Virus record (IMG/VR): IMGVR_UViG_3300025435_000024
Location: 1-58,057 of that record
Source of the DNA: a virus
Taxonomy: Duplodnaviria; Caudoviricetes
Reading direction: 5' to 3' (one strand)
DNA length: 58,057 nt
Shown here: positions 16,802-25,806 of the stretch, piece after piece
How the letters are laid out: each line of letters starts with the position of its first letter
How positions within the stretch are numbered: position 1 is the stretch's first letter
The notes under the pieces: model-generated
What the model saw: only the letters and a program-made list of their open reading frames with translations
Database searches by the model: none
Told to the model about the DNA's origin: nothing
Translations under genes and position numbers: made by a program

Positions 16802-18022
16802 ATGAAACCGGCATTTATTAGACTATTACTTAACCATGAATTTTGGGTGCAGAACAAGTCTAAACTTGCACCTGAAATGTTTGTAGAGGATGCAAAGTTA
16901 ATCTATGAAACACTTAAATGGGCGCATGAGGAGTTCAAGCGAGACTTATCTGTTGAGGAGATACATGACCTCACCAAGTCTCGTAACCCTACTCTTACAA
17001 GGGCACAGCGTACAACTCTTGCGTCATTTATTGAAGACGTTGAAGAAGCGACCGGCATTAAAGCTGACACAGGGGCCTTTCTTCTTAAAGAGGCGTGGCG
17101 CAAAGAAGTTGGTCGTAAGATCGCAGAGATTGGGATTGAACTCGATGAAGGATCGCAAACAGATTTATCTGCTGTTAGAGAAGTACTATCCAAACACGAA
17201 GATGACTTTATTCCAACGGACAAAATTAATGAAGTTACAACGAATGTCAAAGATGTACTCAAGGCATTAAAGAACCGTAAGCACTGGAAGTTTAATATTG
17301 AGTCACTCAATGAACAAGTGCCAGGTATTGCCGAAGGTGAGTTTGCATATATTCTAGCTCGTCCTGATGTTGGTAAGACATTATTCACAGTAAATATGAT
17401 TGCTGGTCCTAATGGTTTTGCTGATCAGGGGGCACGAGTATTATATCTAGGTAATGAAGAACCAGTTATTCGAACTGTCATGCGTTGTATTAATAGCTTT
17501 ACTGGTATGACTACAGATGAAGTGGATGAAGACCCTGATAAAGCAGCAGAGCTATTCGCTAAGATTGAGAACAATATAACCTTTATTGATGAAGTGGGAT
17601 TTACAATTGACCGATTACATGCTTTATGCCGTAAGCGCGGCTTTGATATTATCGTCATTGATCAGCTTGATAAACTTAGTGTTTCGGGTCGTTTTGAATC
17701 GACACATGAACAACTTGGAGAGTTGTATTGCAAGGCTAGAGAGGTTGCTAAATTAAATAAGTGTAGTCTCATTGGCGTTACACAGGCAAGTGCGGACGCT
17801 GATGGTAAAACGCTTGTCACATACTCAATGAGTGCTGGCAGCAAGACGAGCAAAGCGGCAGAAAGTGACCTTATTTTAGGCTTAGGCATGGAAGAATTGG
17901 CTGATCCAAATTCAGAACGGCGCTTTATTAGGTATTGCAATGTGTCTAAAAATAAGTTAAGTTCGTTTCATGGTCCTGTGATTTATAAGATTGATCCAAA
18001 AGTAAGTAGGTGTTATTCGTGA
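16802..18022 (+). CDS. DnaB-family replicative helicase
   Basis: Walker A ARPDVGKT, NEE, Walker B IIVIDQ, TQAS, KNK. Confidence 0.9.
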   Translation: MKPAFIRLLLNHEFWVQNKSKLAPEMFVEDAKLIYETLKWAHEEFKRDLSVEEIHDLTKSRNPTLTRAQRTTLASFIEDVEEATGIKADTGAFLLKEAWRKEVGRKIAEIGIELDEGSQTDLSAVREVLSKHEDDFIPTDKINEVTTNVKDVLKALKNRKHWKFNIESLNEQVPGIAEGEFAYILARPDVGKTLFTVNMIAGPNGFADQGARVLYLGNEEPVIRTVMRCINSFTGMTTDEVDEDPDKAAELFAKIENNITFIDEVGFTIDRLHALCRKRGFDIIVIDQLDKLSVSGRFESTHEQLGELYCKAREVAKLNKCSLIGVTQASADADGKTLVTYSMSAGSKTSKAAESDLILGLGMEELADPNSERRFIRYCNVSKNKLSSFHGPVIYKIDPKVSRCYS

Positions 18023-18939
18023 CAAACTTTAATATCTCATTAGCCAATAATCCTACAGCAGCGGGAGTGTATGGTGACATTCTAAAACCCATTATTTACG
18101 GTTTACAGGACTGTGGATACCGTGCACATGTATCGTGTAGTATACTGGAGCAAGACGCCATACAGCTAATCCCTGAGCATTTTACGAACCAGAATGCCTT
18201 CGATGCTTTGATGGCTCTTAAGGCTAATAAGATCAGGACTGGGTGCATTCTAACTGAGGATTTTATTGAATTGTCCTCACATGAGTTACATAAGCATAGG
18301 CTGAATACACTATTGGCTGCTATTCCACACTTTGATTTCTTCTGGTCTATGGCACCAGTAGAACCCTGGTTACAAGTTATTCCTGCTGATAAGATTTGTT
18401 ATCTGCCTGTACCAGCATATAATCCTAAGGGAAGGACTGTTATTGAACGTGAGAAGGTTAAGTTCATTAATTTTCTAATCTATGGTAAGCCTACAGATTA
18501 TCGTGAGCAAGTGCGAGCTAAGCTACAGGGACCATATCGTATTGAGTATTCAGCTTTTATGGTTCAGGGAGGTATGGCTAATCTACCTGATTACGTGGTT
18601 GCATCTATGATGGCGCATACTCAATGTATTATTGATATTCCTCGTAAGGAGTATGTTAATCTAGCTTCTACTACACGTTTAGCTTTTGCATTACAACATA
18701 GTATTCCTATTGTTGTATCTGATAGGTTTAATCTAGATGGTACATCTTTTAAAGGTTACGTAGCTACACATGACTTTGATAGCATTGAAGGAGTATTAGC
18801 GTTTCAAAACAATGCAAGTCAGTATTTAAGCGAAGATTTTGAACGTGGTGCGAAAACTTGGTCTGCTGCATGGCGAGCTAATAATCAAGCTACTAAGGTA
18901 TATAAAGAGCCAATTAAATTAGCTAAAGGAGAAGTATGA
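18019..18939 (+). CDS. glycosyltransferase-like (GT-B) protein
   Basis: FLIYGKPTDYREQV...CIIDI...TRLAFAL...PIVVSD resembles a GT-B C-terminal lobe; GTGA overlap with the helicase. Confidence 0.5.
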   Translation: MTNFNISLANNPTAAGVYGDILKPIIYGLQDCGYRAHVSCSILEQDAIQLIPEHFTNQNAFDALMALKANKIRTGCILTEDFIELSSHELHKHRLNTLLAAIPHFDFFWSMAPVEPWLQVIPADKICYLPVPAYNPKGRTVIEREKVKFINFLIYGKPTDYREQVRAKLQGPYRIEYSAFMVQGGMANLPDYVVASMMAHTQCIIDIPRKEYVNLASTTRLAFALQHSIPIVVSDRFNLDGTSFKGYVATHDFDSIEGVLAFQNNASQYLSEDFERGAKTWSAAWRANNQATKVYKEPIKLAKGEV

Positions 18940-19178
18940 GCATCAACAGTCCATTTGATCTAGTCAAAGATCAGCTTGACAATCTTCACTCTCAGGTTAA
19001 GATTGCCAAGGATATTATTGCAGAACAGAATAAGAAAATTGATGGTTTGAATACTGCTATTGCAGATTATACAAAAGCTATTGACGAACTACGCTTTCTT
19101 GGTGTAGGTAATAAGAACTATGGGGTGAATACCCAAACAGAGAAACCTATTGAAACTGGAAGGAGTATGGGTCGATGA
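18936..19178 (+). CDS. coiled-coil hypothetical protein
   Basis: AGGAG RBS, heptad pattern. Confidence 0.55.
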   Translation: MSINSPFDLVKDQLDNLHSQVKIAKDIIAEQNKKIDGLNTAIADYTKAIDELRFLGVGNKNYGVNTQTEKPIETGRSMGR

Positions 19179-19495
19179 AAGGTCCGAAACGTATTTTAGA
19201 GAAAGAATTAACAGCAATTGAACATATTGTTGCTAATTTGACACATGAGAATGATGAACTGAACCAAAAGCTAATGGAGCTATTGTCTCTTGAGCAGGAG
19301 TTTGGTATTGCTGCCAAGACGCCTAATGGACGGAATGTGACAGAATACATCAAGAAGAAGCTGGCAGAGATCAGTACAGAGACAGAGATTACTCGTGCTA
19401 AGATGAGTGAAAACATTGAGAAGATCAATGCTCAACAGCCTGAGATTCAGAACTTTAAGTTTGCATTACGTGCTATTGACCAAGTGAGGGTTTAA
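19175..19495 (+). CDS. coiled-coil hypothetical protein
   Basis: 106 aa rich in E/K/L. Confidence 0.55.
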   Translation: MKGPKRILEKELTAIEHIVANLTHENDELNQKLMELLSLEQEFGIAAKTPNGRNVTEYIKKKLAEISTETEITRAKMSENIEKINAQQPEIQNFKFALRAIDQVRV

Positions 19496-19496
19496 T

Positions 19497-19724
19497 ATGT
19501 CAGAACGAATTACATTTTCCTATCAGTCCTATGGTGACATTGGGCAACGTACCGTGGAAATAGAAAAATACTTTGACGATGCTGACGAAGGTATGCTACA
19601 GAACTACATCAATGAATTTGATTATTTTCTGAAAGCTGTTGGGTTTTGTTTCGATCACTTGGCTGTATTGAATAAAGATAAAGATGGACGAGATGAACCC
19701 ATTAAGCTAATATCCAATCCGTAG
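19497..19724 (+). CDS. hypothetical protein
   Basis: F..FLKAVGF motif. Confidence 0.55.
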   Translation: MSERITFSYQSYGDIGQRTVEIEKYFDDADEGMLQNYINEFDYFLKAVGFCFDHLAVLNKDKDGRDEPIKLISNP

Positions 19725-19730
19725 GTTATT

Positions 19731-19806
19731 CAGCCATGACGTAGGGCAAGATTACTACCACCCTTGGAAGGTGGTGAACCTGGGGCAGCGCCAGGATGGC
19801 TGACCA
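19731..19806 (+). tRNA. tRNA-Pro(TGG) with a non-canonical T-loop
   Basis: Acceptor CAGCCAT/ATGGCTG plus A-CCA; anticodon arm CCACC-CTTGGAA-GGTGG; T-arm CCTGG-GGCAGCG-CCAGG; C1:G72 and A73 are Pro identity elements. Confidence 0.75.
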
Positions 19807-19808
19807 AT

Positions 19809-19958
19809 ATTAATGTTAGGCATTTAGTAGTGGCTCTATTAAGCAACGTCAGCGTATAAGTCTTAGTAGTAGCCTCCAGTGTAGGCAGCTAAATAGTCTG
19901 CATTAATTGCGTGTTTTGGTGGCACAATATCATGGTATGGTCTAGATATCACACCAAA
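19809..19958 (+). ncRNA. structured RNA between the tRNAs (rod 19809-19907 plus hairpin 19915-19958)
   Basis: ATTAATG-t-TAGGC-ATTTAG pairs with CTAAAT-a-GTCTG-CATTAAT; inner stem 19832-43/19862-74; TTTGGTG/CACCAAA. Confidence 0.5.
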
Positions 19959-19962
19959 TTTA

Positions 19963-20036
19963 GCTCAGTTCGTATAATGGCATTACGTCAGTTTTGTAAT
20001 CTGATCATGGGGGTTCGATTCCTCCACTGAGCACCA
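19963..20036 (+). tRNA. tRNA-Thr(TGT)
   Basis: GCTCAGT/ACTGAGC acceptor, anticodon loop TTTGTAA, GGTTCGATTCC T-arm, encoded CCA. Confidence 0.9.
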
Positions 20037-20105
20037 TTTATGCACCTTAAGTGCAGTTTTGTAGGTTAAAGTGCGTAATTATGCACCTTATTAAGGGCTA
20101 TTATA

Positions 20106-23100
20106 ATGACGCTTGCAGTGGTCGTTGATGTGGAGCACGAGATTACGTGTCTAGATTCTGATAAAGATAAGTGGGATTATAGCCCATACAATCCAAGTAA
20201 TCGTTTAGTATCTGCGGGATGGAAGTTTATTCAGGACGGTAAGATTATAGGTAACACAGAGTATAGGTTCTTTAATCACGCAGAGGGTTCAGATGAAGAT
20301 TCTTTCAACGTATTACAAGCAGCATTGTCCAAAGCAGACGTATTTGTTGGACACAATGCGAAACATGATTACAACTGGCTTCATGAGTGTGGGTTTACTT
20401 TGCCTGACACTATTCATTGTACTTTTATTGCAGAATATGTCTTGGCAAGGGGTTTATCCGTAGCATTAGATTTAGGTTCTGTTGCTGAACGCTATCATGT
20501 AACGCAGAAAAAGGGAGACATTGTAAGTGAGTATTTGGATCAAGGAATCACTTTCTTTAACATTCCTAAGCCTGTGGTGCTTGAGTACGGGATTGCTGAT
20601 GTTGATGCTACTGCTGACCTATATATTGCCCAGCTTAAAGAATACGGTAAGTCTACCAACATTGGACTGGTGCCTACTAGGGACTTGTCTTATGAGTTTT
20701 GCAGCGTCCTTAGTGCTATGGAGCGAAATGGAATAGCCATTGATCAGGAGGCATTAGCATCCGTTAAACAGGATTATGAGAATGAACGATTAGAACTCAA
20801 GCAAAAGTTAAGAGAATTAACTCAAGCGATTATGGGGGATTATCCTTATAATCTGGCAAGCCCTGAACAGCTTAGCCAGATTATTTATTCCTATAAGATC
20901 GTTGACAAAGTTAAGTGGATTGAGCAGCTTAACATTGGCGTTGACGAGCGTGGCAAGGATAAGCGTAGACCTAAGATGCACAAGCTAGAGCTAGAGGCTC
21001 TGGTTAAGGATTGCATGGACCCAGTGTATCGTATGAAGGCTAAGCAATGTCCTGTGTGTGAAGGCTTAGGTAAGATTCAGAAAGTTAAGAAAGATGGAAC
21101 TAATCATAAACGTCAAAATAAGTGCAGCAACTGTGGAGGGCATGGACTGCTCTATGAACCAACTACAACCCGTGCGGGATTTGGTATTCAATTTGGGGGA
21201 GTTGAAGATGCCAGCATCGGAGGCTTTAGCACTGATAAACATACACTTACCCGGATACATTCGGGATTGGATGAGTCGAGCCAAGCAGGAGCTAGAGAGT
21301 ATCTCTCCTGTATCATGCGACTCAACGCCATTGACACCTACATCGACTCCTTCTGCGTAGGTATTCAGCGAGCAGTACAGAAGGACGGATTACTACATGC
21401 TAAGTTTAACCAGTGCATTACCAAGACCGGGCGACTATCATCCACAGACCCAAATCTACAAAATCAGCCAAGAGGGAAAACCTTTCCAATTCGCAAGGTA
21501 TTCACTTCCCGTTTCCCAAATGGAGAGTTATGTGACACAGATTTTAGCCAGCTTGAATTTCGTGCTGCTGTTCATCTTGCTCGTGATGAGCGAGGCCGAG
21601 AACATATCCTTCAAGGAATAGATGTACATAATCAGACTGCAAAGATTTTGAGTGATGCTGGGCAAAAGACGGATCGTCAGGCTGCTAAGAGTCATTGTGT
21701 ACCTATGAACACAGAAGCTCTGACACGTGACGGTTGGAAGAAGTATGATGAACTTACTGTCGGTGAGGACATTTTAACTTTTAATCCTGTTACTAAGCAA
21801 AATGAGTGGAAGCCTATTCTGGCCTTGTCACATTACAAAGCTCAGGATGTTTACAGGCTGCGTAATGGACACTGGGAAATGTTTGCTACGAGTGACCACA
21901 AGTGGTTTGGCCGTAAGCGCGTTGATAATGGACAGACCAGAGAGTACCAAGATCGTGTATTTACGACTTCTGATATTAACCAGAGCTATGAAATTCGTAC
22001 ATCTGCATATTGTCCAGAAGGTGCGTTGAACATTTCTGATGATGAAGCAGCTATTCTGGGATGGCTGTGGATGGATGGTCACACAAATGTTAAAGATAAT
22101 ATAGTTCGTTGTGCCACTATAGTTCAGAGTACCAAAAAAGGAACAATTTTCACAAAGTTAGTAGAGTTATTAAAGCGGGTTGGCATAAACACAGATGTAA
22201 AAATGCAGAGTAACCAAGCACACTATTTTAACATTCCCTTAAAACTATTAAGAGACATTTATAAAAAGTGTAATTTTGGAATAGAGATTGACTACGTTAA
22301 ATTTGTATTATCTTTAAATGTAAATGCTCGTAGGGCTTGGTTACAGGCTGTAATAGATGCTGAAGGAACCGACAGAGGTTTTGGAGTTGTCCGTATTGCA
22401 CAGAATGTTGGAGGCAAATGTGAAGCTATTAAATTAGCAGCAATACTAGAAGGCTATGAAATTCGTGTTACACAGGCAGTATTTTATACCAATAAACTGC
22501 ATGAGCAAATTACTTTACGCACACGTCAATACGTTACAGGTCAGCGATTAAAGATTGACAAGTATTCTGTTGAAGATGTATGGTGTCCCATGACTGAGAA
22601 TGGTACATGGGTCATGCGTCAAGACAAATTTGTTAGTATTACTGGCAACAGCTTCAAGCCTTTGTATGGTGGGCTAAGTGGAACACCAGCAGAAGTAGTT
22701 TATTATAAGCAATTTTTACAGATATATAATAGTATAGCCAAGTGGCATGAGGAGTTAGGTGATGAAGCTGTCAGAACCAAATGTATACGGCTACCTACTG
22801 GCCGTGAGTATGCTTTTCCATTTGCTAAGCGTAATCATTATGGGGGAGTTAGCAACAAAACTCAGATCGTCAATTTCCCAGTTCAAGGATTTGCCACGGC
22901 TGACATTGTTCCTGCTGCAATTTGCGTCTTGGCTAGAGCTTTTAAAAAACACAAGCTTAGGTCTTTGCTTGTTCTTACTGTTCATGATTCTGTTGTCGTA
23001 GATATATACCCAGGTGAGAAAGAGAAAGTTGTGTCACTGATGAAAAAATTACATAATATGGCAGAATGGTACTTGAAAACTGTTCATGGAATTGATATGT

Positions 23101-23162
23101 ATGTGCCCCTAATGTCCGAAAGCAAAGTTGGTCATAATCTATTACAGATGGAGACAGTGTGA
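20106..23162 (+). CDS. polA: family A DNA polymerase with 3'-5' exonuclease, DnaJ-type Zn finger insert and an intein
   Basis: DVE, HNAKHD, CPVCEGLG...CSNCGGHG, TGRLSS, DFSQLE, motif B KSH/SFKPLYG, NFPVQG, TVHDS. Confidence 0.95.
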   Translation: MTLAVVVDVEHEITCLDSDKDKWDYSPYNPSNRLVSAGWKFIQDGKIIGNTEYRFFNHAEGSDEDSFNVLQAALSKADVFVGHNAKHDYNWLHECGFTLPDTIHCTFIAEYVLARGLSVALDLGSVAERYHVTQKKGDIVSEYLDQGITFFNIPKPVVLEYGIADVDATADLYIAQLKEYGKSTNIGLVPTRDLSYEFCSVLSAMERNGIAIDQEALASVKQDYENERLELKQKLRELTQAIMGDYPYNLASPEQLSQIIYSYKIVDKVKWIEQLNIGVDERGKDKRRPKMHKLELEALVKDCMDPVYRMKAKQCPVCEGLGKIQKVKKDGTNHKRQNKCSNCGGHGLLYEPTTTRAGFGIQFGGVEDASIGGFSTDKHTLTRIHSGLDESSQAGAREYLSCIMRLNAIDTYIDSFCVGIQRAVQKDGLLHAKFNQCITKTGRLSSTDPNLQNQPRGKTFPIRKVFTSRFPNGELCDTDFSQLEFRAAVHLARDERGREHILQGIDVHNQTAKILSDAGQKTDRQAAKSHCVPMNTEALTRDGWKKYDELTVGEDILTFNPVTKQNEWKPILALSHYKAQDVYRLRNGHWEMFATSDHKWFGRKRVDNGQTREYQDRVFTTSDINQSYEIRTSAYCPEGALNISDDEAAILGWLWMDGHTNVKDNIVRCATIVQSTKKGTIFTKLVELLKRVGINTDVKMQSNQAHYFNIPLKLLRDIYKKCNFGIEIDYVKFVLSLNVNARRAWLQAVIDAEGTDRGFGVVRIAQNVGGKCEAIKLAAILEGYEIRVTQAVFYTNKLHEQITLRTRQYVTGQRLKIDKYSVEDVWCPMTENGTWVMRQDKFVSITGNSFKPLYGGLSGTPAEVVYYKQFLQIYNSIAKWHEELGDEAVRTKCIRLPTGREYAFPFAKRNHYGGVSNKTQIVNFPVQGFATADIVPAAICVLARAFKKHKLRSLLVLTVHDSVVVDIYPGEKEKVVSLMKKLHNMAEWYLKTVHGIDMYVPLMSESKVGHNLLQMETV
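21696..22649 (+). mobile_element. intein with LAGLIDADG endonuclease in PolA motif B (318 aa)
   Basis: Starts CVPMNT, ends VSITGN/S; LGWLWMDG and LQAVIDAEG helices; splicing restores RQAAKSHSFKPLYG. Confidence 0.92.
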
Positions 23163-23356
23163 TGAATACGTACTGTTTAACTATGGAACAGGTTGAAGAT
23201 ATTATCATGGCCTATTTGCATGAAAATTATAAAATCCCGTTGACACCAGATCAATACTGGACTATAAATTGGGCTGAAACTGTTTTTGAAGAAGAACTTT
23301 TGACTGGAGATACAGACGAAGTTCTCGTTACGTTTACACTTGGAAAGGACCATTAA
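23159..23356 (+). CDS. hypothetical protein
   Basis: 65 aa, coupled. Confidence 0.5.
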   Translation: MMNTYCLTMEQVEDIIMAYLHENYKIPLTPDQYWTINWAETVFEEELLTGDTDEVLVTFTLGKDH

Positions 23357-24237
23357 TGTCTACAGAGATTGCTAATTACGGTGAGTATGATGATGCCGCT
23401 CTTAATAAGATGCTTGGCATTAGTCAAGAGTTTTCTGGCTCTGGTATTACAAAGCTTAAGATTAATGCTTTGGCAGAGGATGATCAGGACCGACCTATGC
23501 AAATGGGTACGTTCTTTCTCACGGGTTATCATGAAGATAAGGAAGATACGGTGTATGCTAAGGAAGCTACCATTCGTGTCATTATGCCAACATATCAGTA
23601 CATGCATTATGACTCGGCTGAAAAGAAGATTGTGGCGCAAAGCATTATTGCCAATTCGTTGAATGGTACAGAATTTGTTTCAGATAATGGCCTTATTCGT
23701 TGTGGCAAGTTGCCCAAGGCTAAGGCTGAAAAGAATCCAATGACTCCTGAGCAAGCTAAAATCCAGAAGGATGTTAAATGCAAAATGAGCTTGTGGGTAC
23801 TGGTCAGTATGAAGGGGAAGACCATTGATGGGCGCGAGGCTGAGGTAGCTGATGTTCCTGCTGTATGGACTGTCTCACAATCCGCATTCATGACTGCTCA
23901 GGAGTTGTTGGAGCAATTTGCTAAGTCAAAGCGTAGTCCTTTGAAGTATGACGTAACTGTCACACTTAAGAAGGAAAAGACTGGCACTACGATTTATTAT
24001 GTACCAATCTTTAGTGTAAGTGACAAATCCTCTGCTGTTCCTGGAACTATTGGAGGAATTGTCACAAGTGCTCAAGCATACATTAAGGAAAAGAATGACA
24101 CTGTGCGGGAAGCTTATGATGGCATTATTCGTGGACGTAACTCTACTAAACGTGCAGAAGATGTTGTTGGCAAGGTGCTAAAGTCAAAAGTTAATCATGT
24201 TGATACATCTGACCTTGACGATGAGATTCCCTTTTAA
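23356..24237 (+). CDS. single-stranded DNA-binding protein
   Basis: Position after the polymerase; acidic tail DLDDEIPF. Confidence 0.65.
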   Translation: MSTEIANYGEYDDAALNKMLGISQEFSGSGITKLKINALAEDDQDRPMQMGTFFLTGYHEDKEDTVYAKEATIRVIMPTYQYMHYDSAEKKIVAQSIIANSLNGTEFVSDNGLIRCGKLPKAKAEKNPMTPEQAKIQKDVKCKMSLWVLVSMKGKTIDGREAEVADVPAVWTVSQSAFMTAQELLEQFAKSKRSPLKYDVTVTLKKEKTGTTIYYVPIFSVSDKSSAVPGTIGGIVTSAQAYIKEKNDTVREAYDGIIRGRNSTKRAEDVVGKVLKSKVNHVDTSDLDDEIPF

Positions 24238-25100
24238 TGAACGTAATACAAGCAAAACTTGAAGCGTATTTAGATTCTATTGCTCGTGGTGAAGGTAGTT
24301 TAGCTAACGACATTGCTGATGAAGCAGGTCATAGCATACAAGATGCACTCATGCGACAATTTAATCCTGTTGAGCGTAAGTTTGGGTTGCGTATGTCCAA
24401 TGTTGGTAAACCTCTCTGTCAATTGCTGGCAGAGAGGGACAACATGGAACGAGAGGATAATTCCTTTGAGCATGTGTTTCGTATGCTCACTGGAGACATT
24501 CTTGAAGCAATTATCGTGCCAGTTATGAAAGCTGCTGGCATTAATATTACTAGGGAGCAAGGTGCCTATACACTTAAAGTACCGTTAAAGAGTGGTAAAA
24601 TACATCAAATTAATGGTACGGATGATATTGAAATTGATAATGAGTCTGTGTGGGATATTAAATCTGCATCAGACTATTCATTTAAACATAAGTTTGTATC
24701 TTATGATGCCCTAAAAGCTGGGGATGACTTTGGTTATATTCCACAGTTATATGGATACTCATTAGCTACAGGCTTACGTGCTGGTGGTTGGATTGTCATT
24801 AACAAGAACTCTGGTCAAATTAAAGTACTAGAAGCTGATCAATCTAATGCTAAAGAAGAAGCTGAAAAAGCATTCAACATTATAAAGCAATCTGTAGAAG
24901 CTGTTTATAATGTTAAACCGTTTGAACGTAGTTTTGAAGCCATTGTAGAAACATTCTATGGTAAAGAGACTGGTAAAAAGTATTTGTCTACCTCATGCGA
25001 GTTCTGTAATTATAAACGATCATGCTGGCCTGGTTTAGTACATGCACCTATAGAAGCCTCTAAAGCCAAGAACCCACAATGGAGGTATTACGTAGAATGA
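24237..25100 (+). CDS. PD-(D/E)xK (Cas4/RecB-like) exonuclease
   Basis: RMSNVGKPLCQL, GD.LE, GTDD...WDIKS, QLYGY, CEFCNYK..C. Confidence 0.8.
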   Translation: MNVIQAKLEAYLDSIARGEGSLANDIADEAGHSIQDALMRQFNPVERKFGLRMSNVGKPLCQLLAERDNMEREDNSFEHVFRMLTGDILEAIIVPVMKAAGINITREQGAYTLKVPLKSGKIHQINGTDDIEIDNESVWDIKSASDYSFKHKFVSYDALKAGDDFGYIPQLYGYSLATGLRAGGWIVINKNSGQIKVLEADQSNAKEEAEKAFNIIKQSVEAVYNVKPFERSFEAIVETFYGKETGKKYLSTSCEFCNYKRSCWPGLVHAPIEASKAKNPQWRYYVE

Positions 25101-25450
25101 AGCCACAATCGGCAAAGCAGAAGGGGAGAATTTTGCAGCAGACTGTCGCTAAGGCTATTATATGCCTTGGTGATGGCTTGTCTACACGAGACGTACAATC
25201 TTGTTCTATGGGAGCTAATGGGGCTGACGTAAAGCTTTCTGAGGCAGCATTTAAGATATTTCCGTACAGCGTTGAATGCAAAAATCGTAAGACTATGAAA
25301 TCTTTGTACGATGCATACCATCAAGCAGATGGGCATGGCGAAGGAGAGCCTTTGTTAGTGGTTAAAACAGACAGGCAGAAGCCTTTAGCCGTTGTGGATT
25401 TTGAGCACTTTATGGAGCTAGTAAAGAAAGCTAAAGGGGATAAGTGGTAA
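25097..25450 (+). CDS. Holliday junction resolvase-like endonuclease
   Basis: MKPQSAKQKGR..QQ, MGANGADV, SVECKN. Confidence 0.75.
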   Translation: MKPQSAKQKGRILQQTVAKAIICLGDGLSTRDVQSCSMGANGADVKLSEAAFKIFPYSVECKNRKTMKSLYDAYHQADGHGEGEPLLVVKTDRQKPLAVVDFEHFMELVKKAKGDKW

Positions 25451-25806
25451 TGGATAATGAAATTGCAGAAATTGTACAACGCTATGACGATGGTACAATT
25501 GACATTCGTACTGCCAAAGGTACTGCTGCCTTAGTATTTCGCTGTCAGTTAGATGATGATACTCCACCTAAATTACAAATCTTTTTAGGTAATATAGAAA
25601 ATCTATCAAATAACTATGCAGCTACATTACATTGTATGGTACGTGGATTAGCAGAGACATTGATTCATAACTGGAATCAAGTGTTTTTAGCTGGTAATAC
25701 TGCACTTACAGCAGAGTACATGAAACAAAGTGAGGAAGAATTGAAAAAACTTGAGTCTGGAGACTTGATTAATTTACATAAAGTATTACCTCAAGGAACA
25801 GCATAA
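25444..25806 (+). CDS. hypothetical protein
   Basis: 120 aa in the operon. Confidence 0.55.
   Translation: MVMDNEIAEIVQRYDDGTIDIRTAKGTAALVFRCQLDDDTPPKLQIFLGNIENLSNNYAATLHCMVRGLAETLIHNWNQVFLAGNTALTAEYMKQSEEELKKLESGDLINLHKVLPQGTA

Noticed and set aside
19731-19806. tmRNA
   Set aside because: It has an intact Pro anticodon arm and G3:C70 rather than G3.U70, with no tag reading frame.
19872-19925. Pistol ribozyme (hairpin followed by UAAAUAG)
   Set aside because: No downstream complement to the loop for the required pseudoknot; those bases pair better in the long rod.
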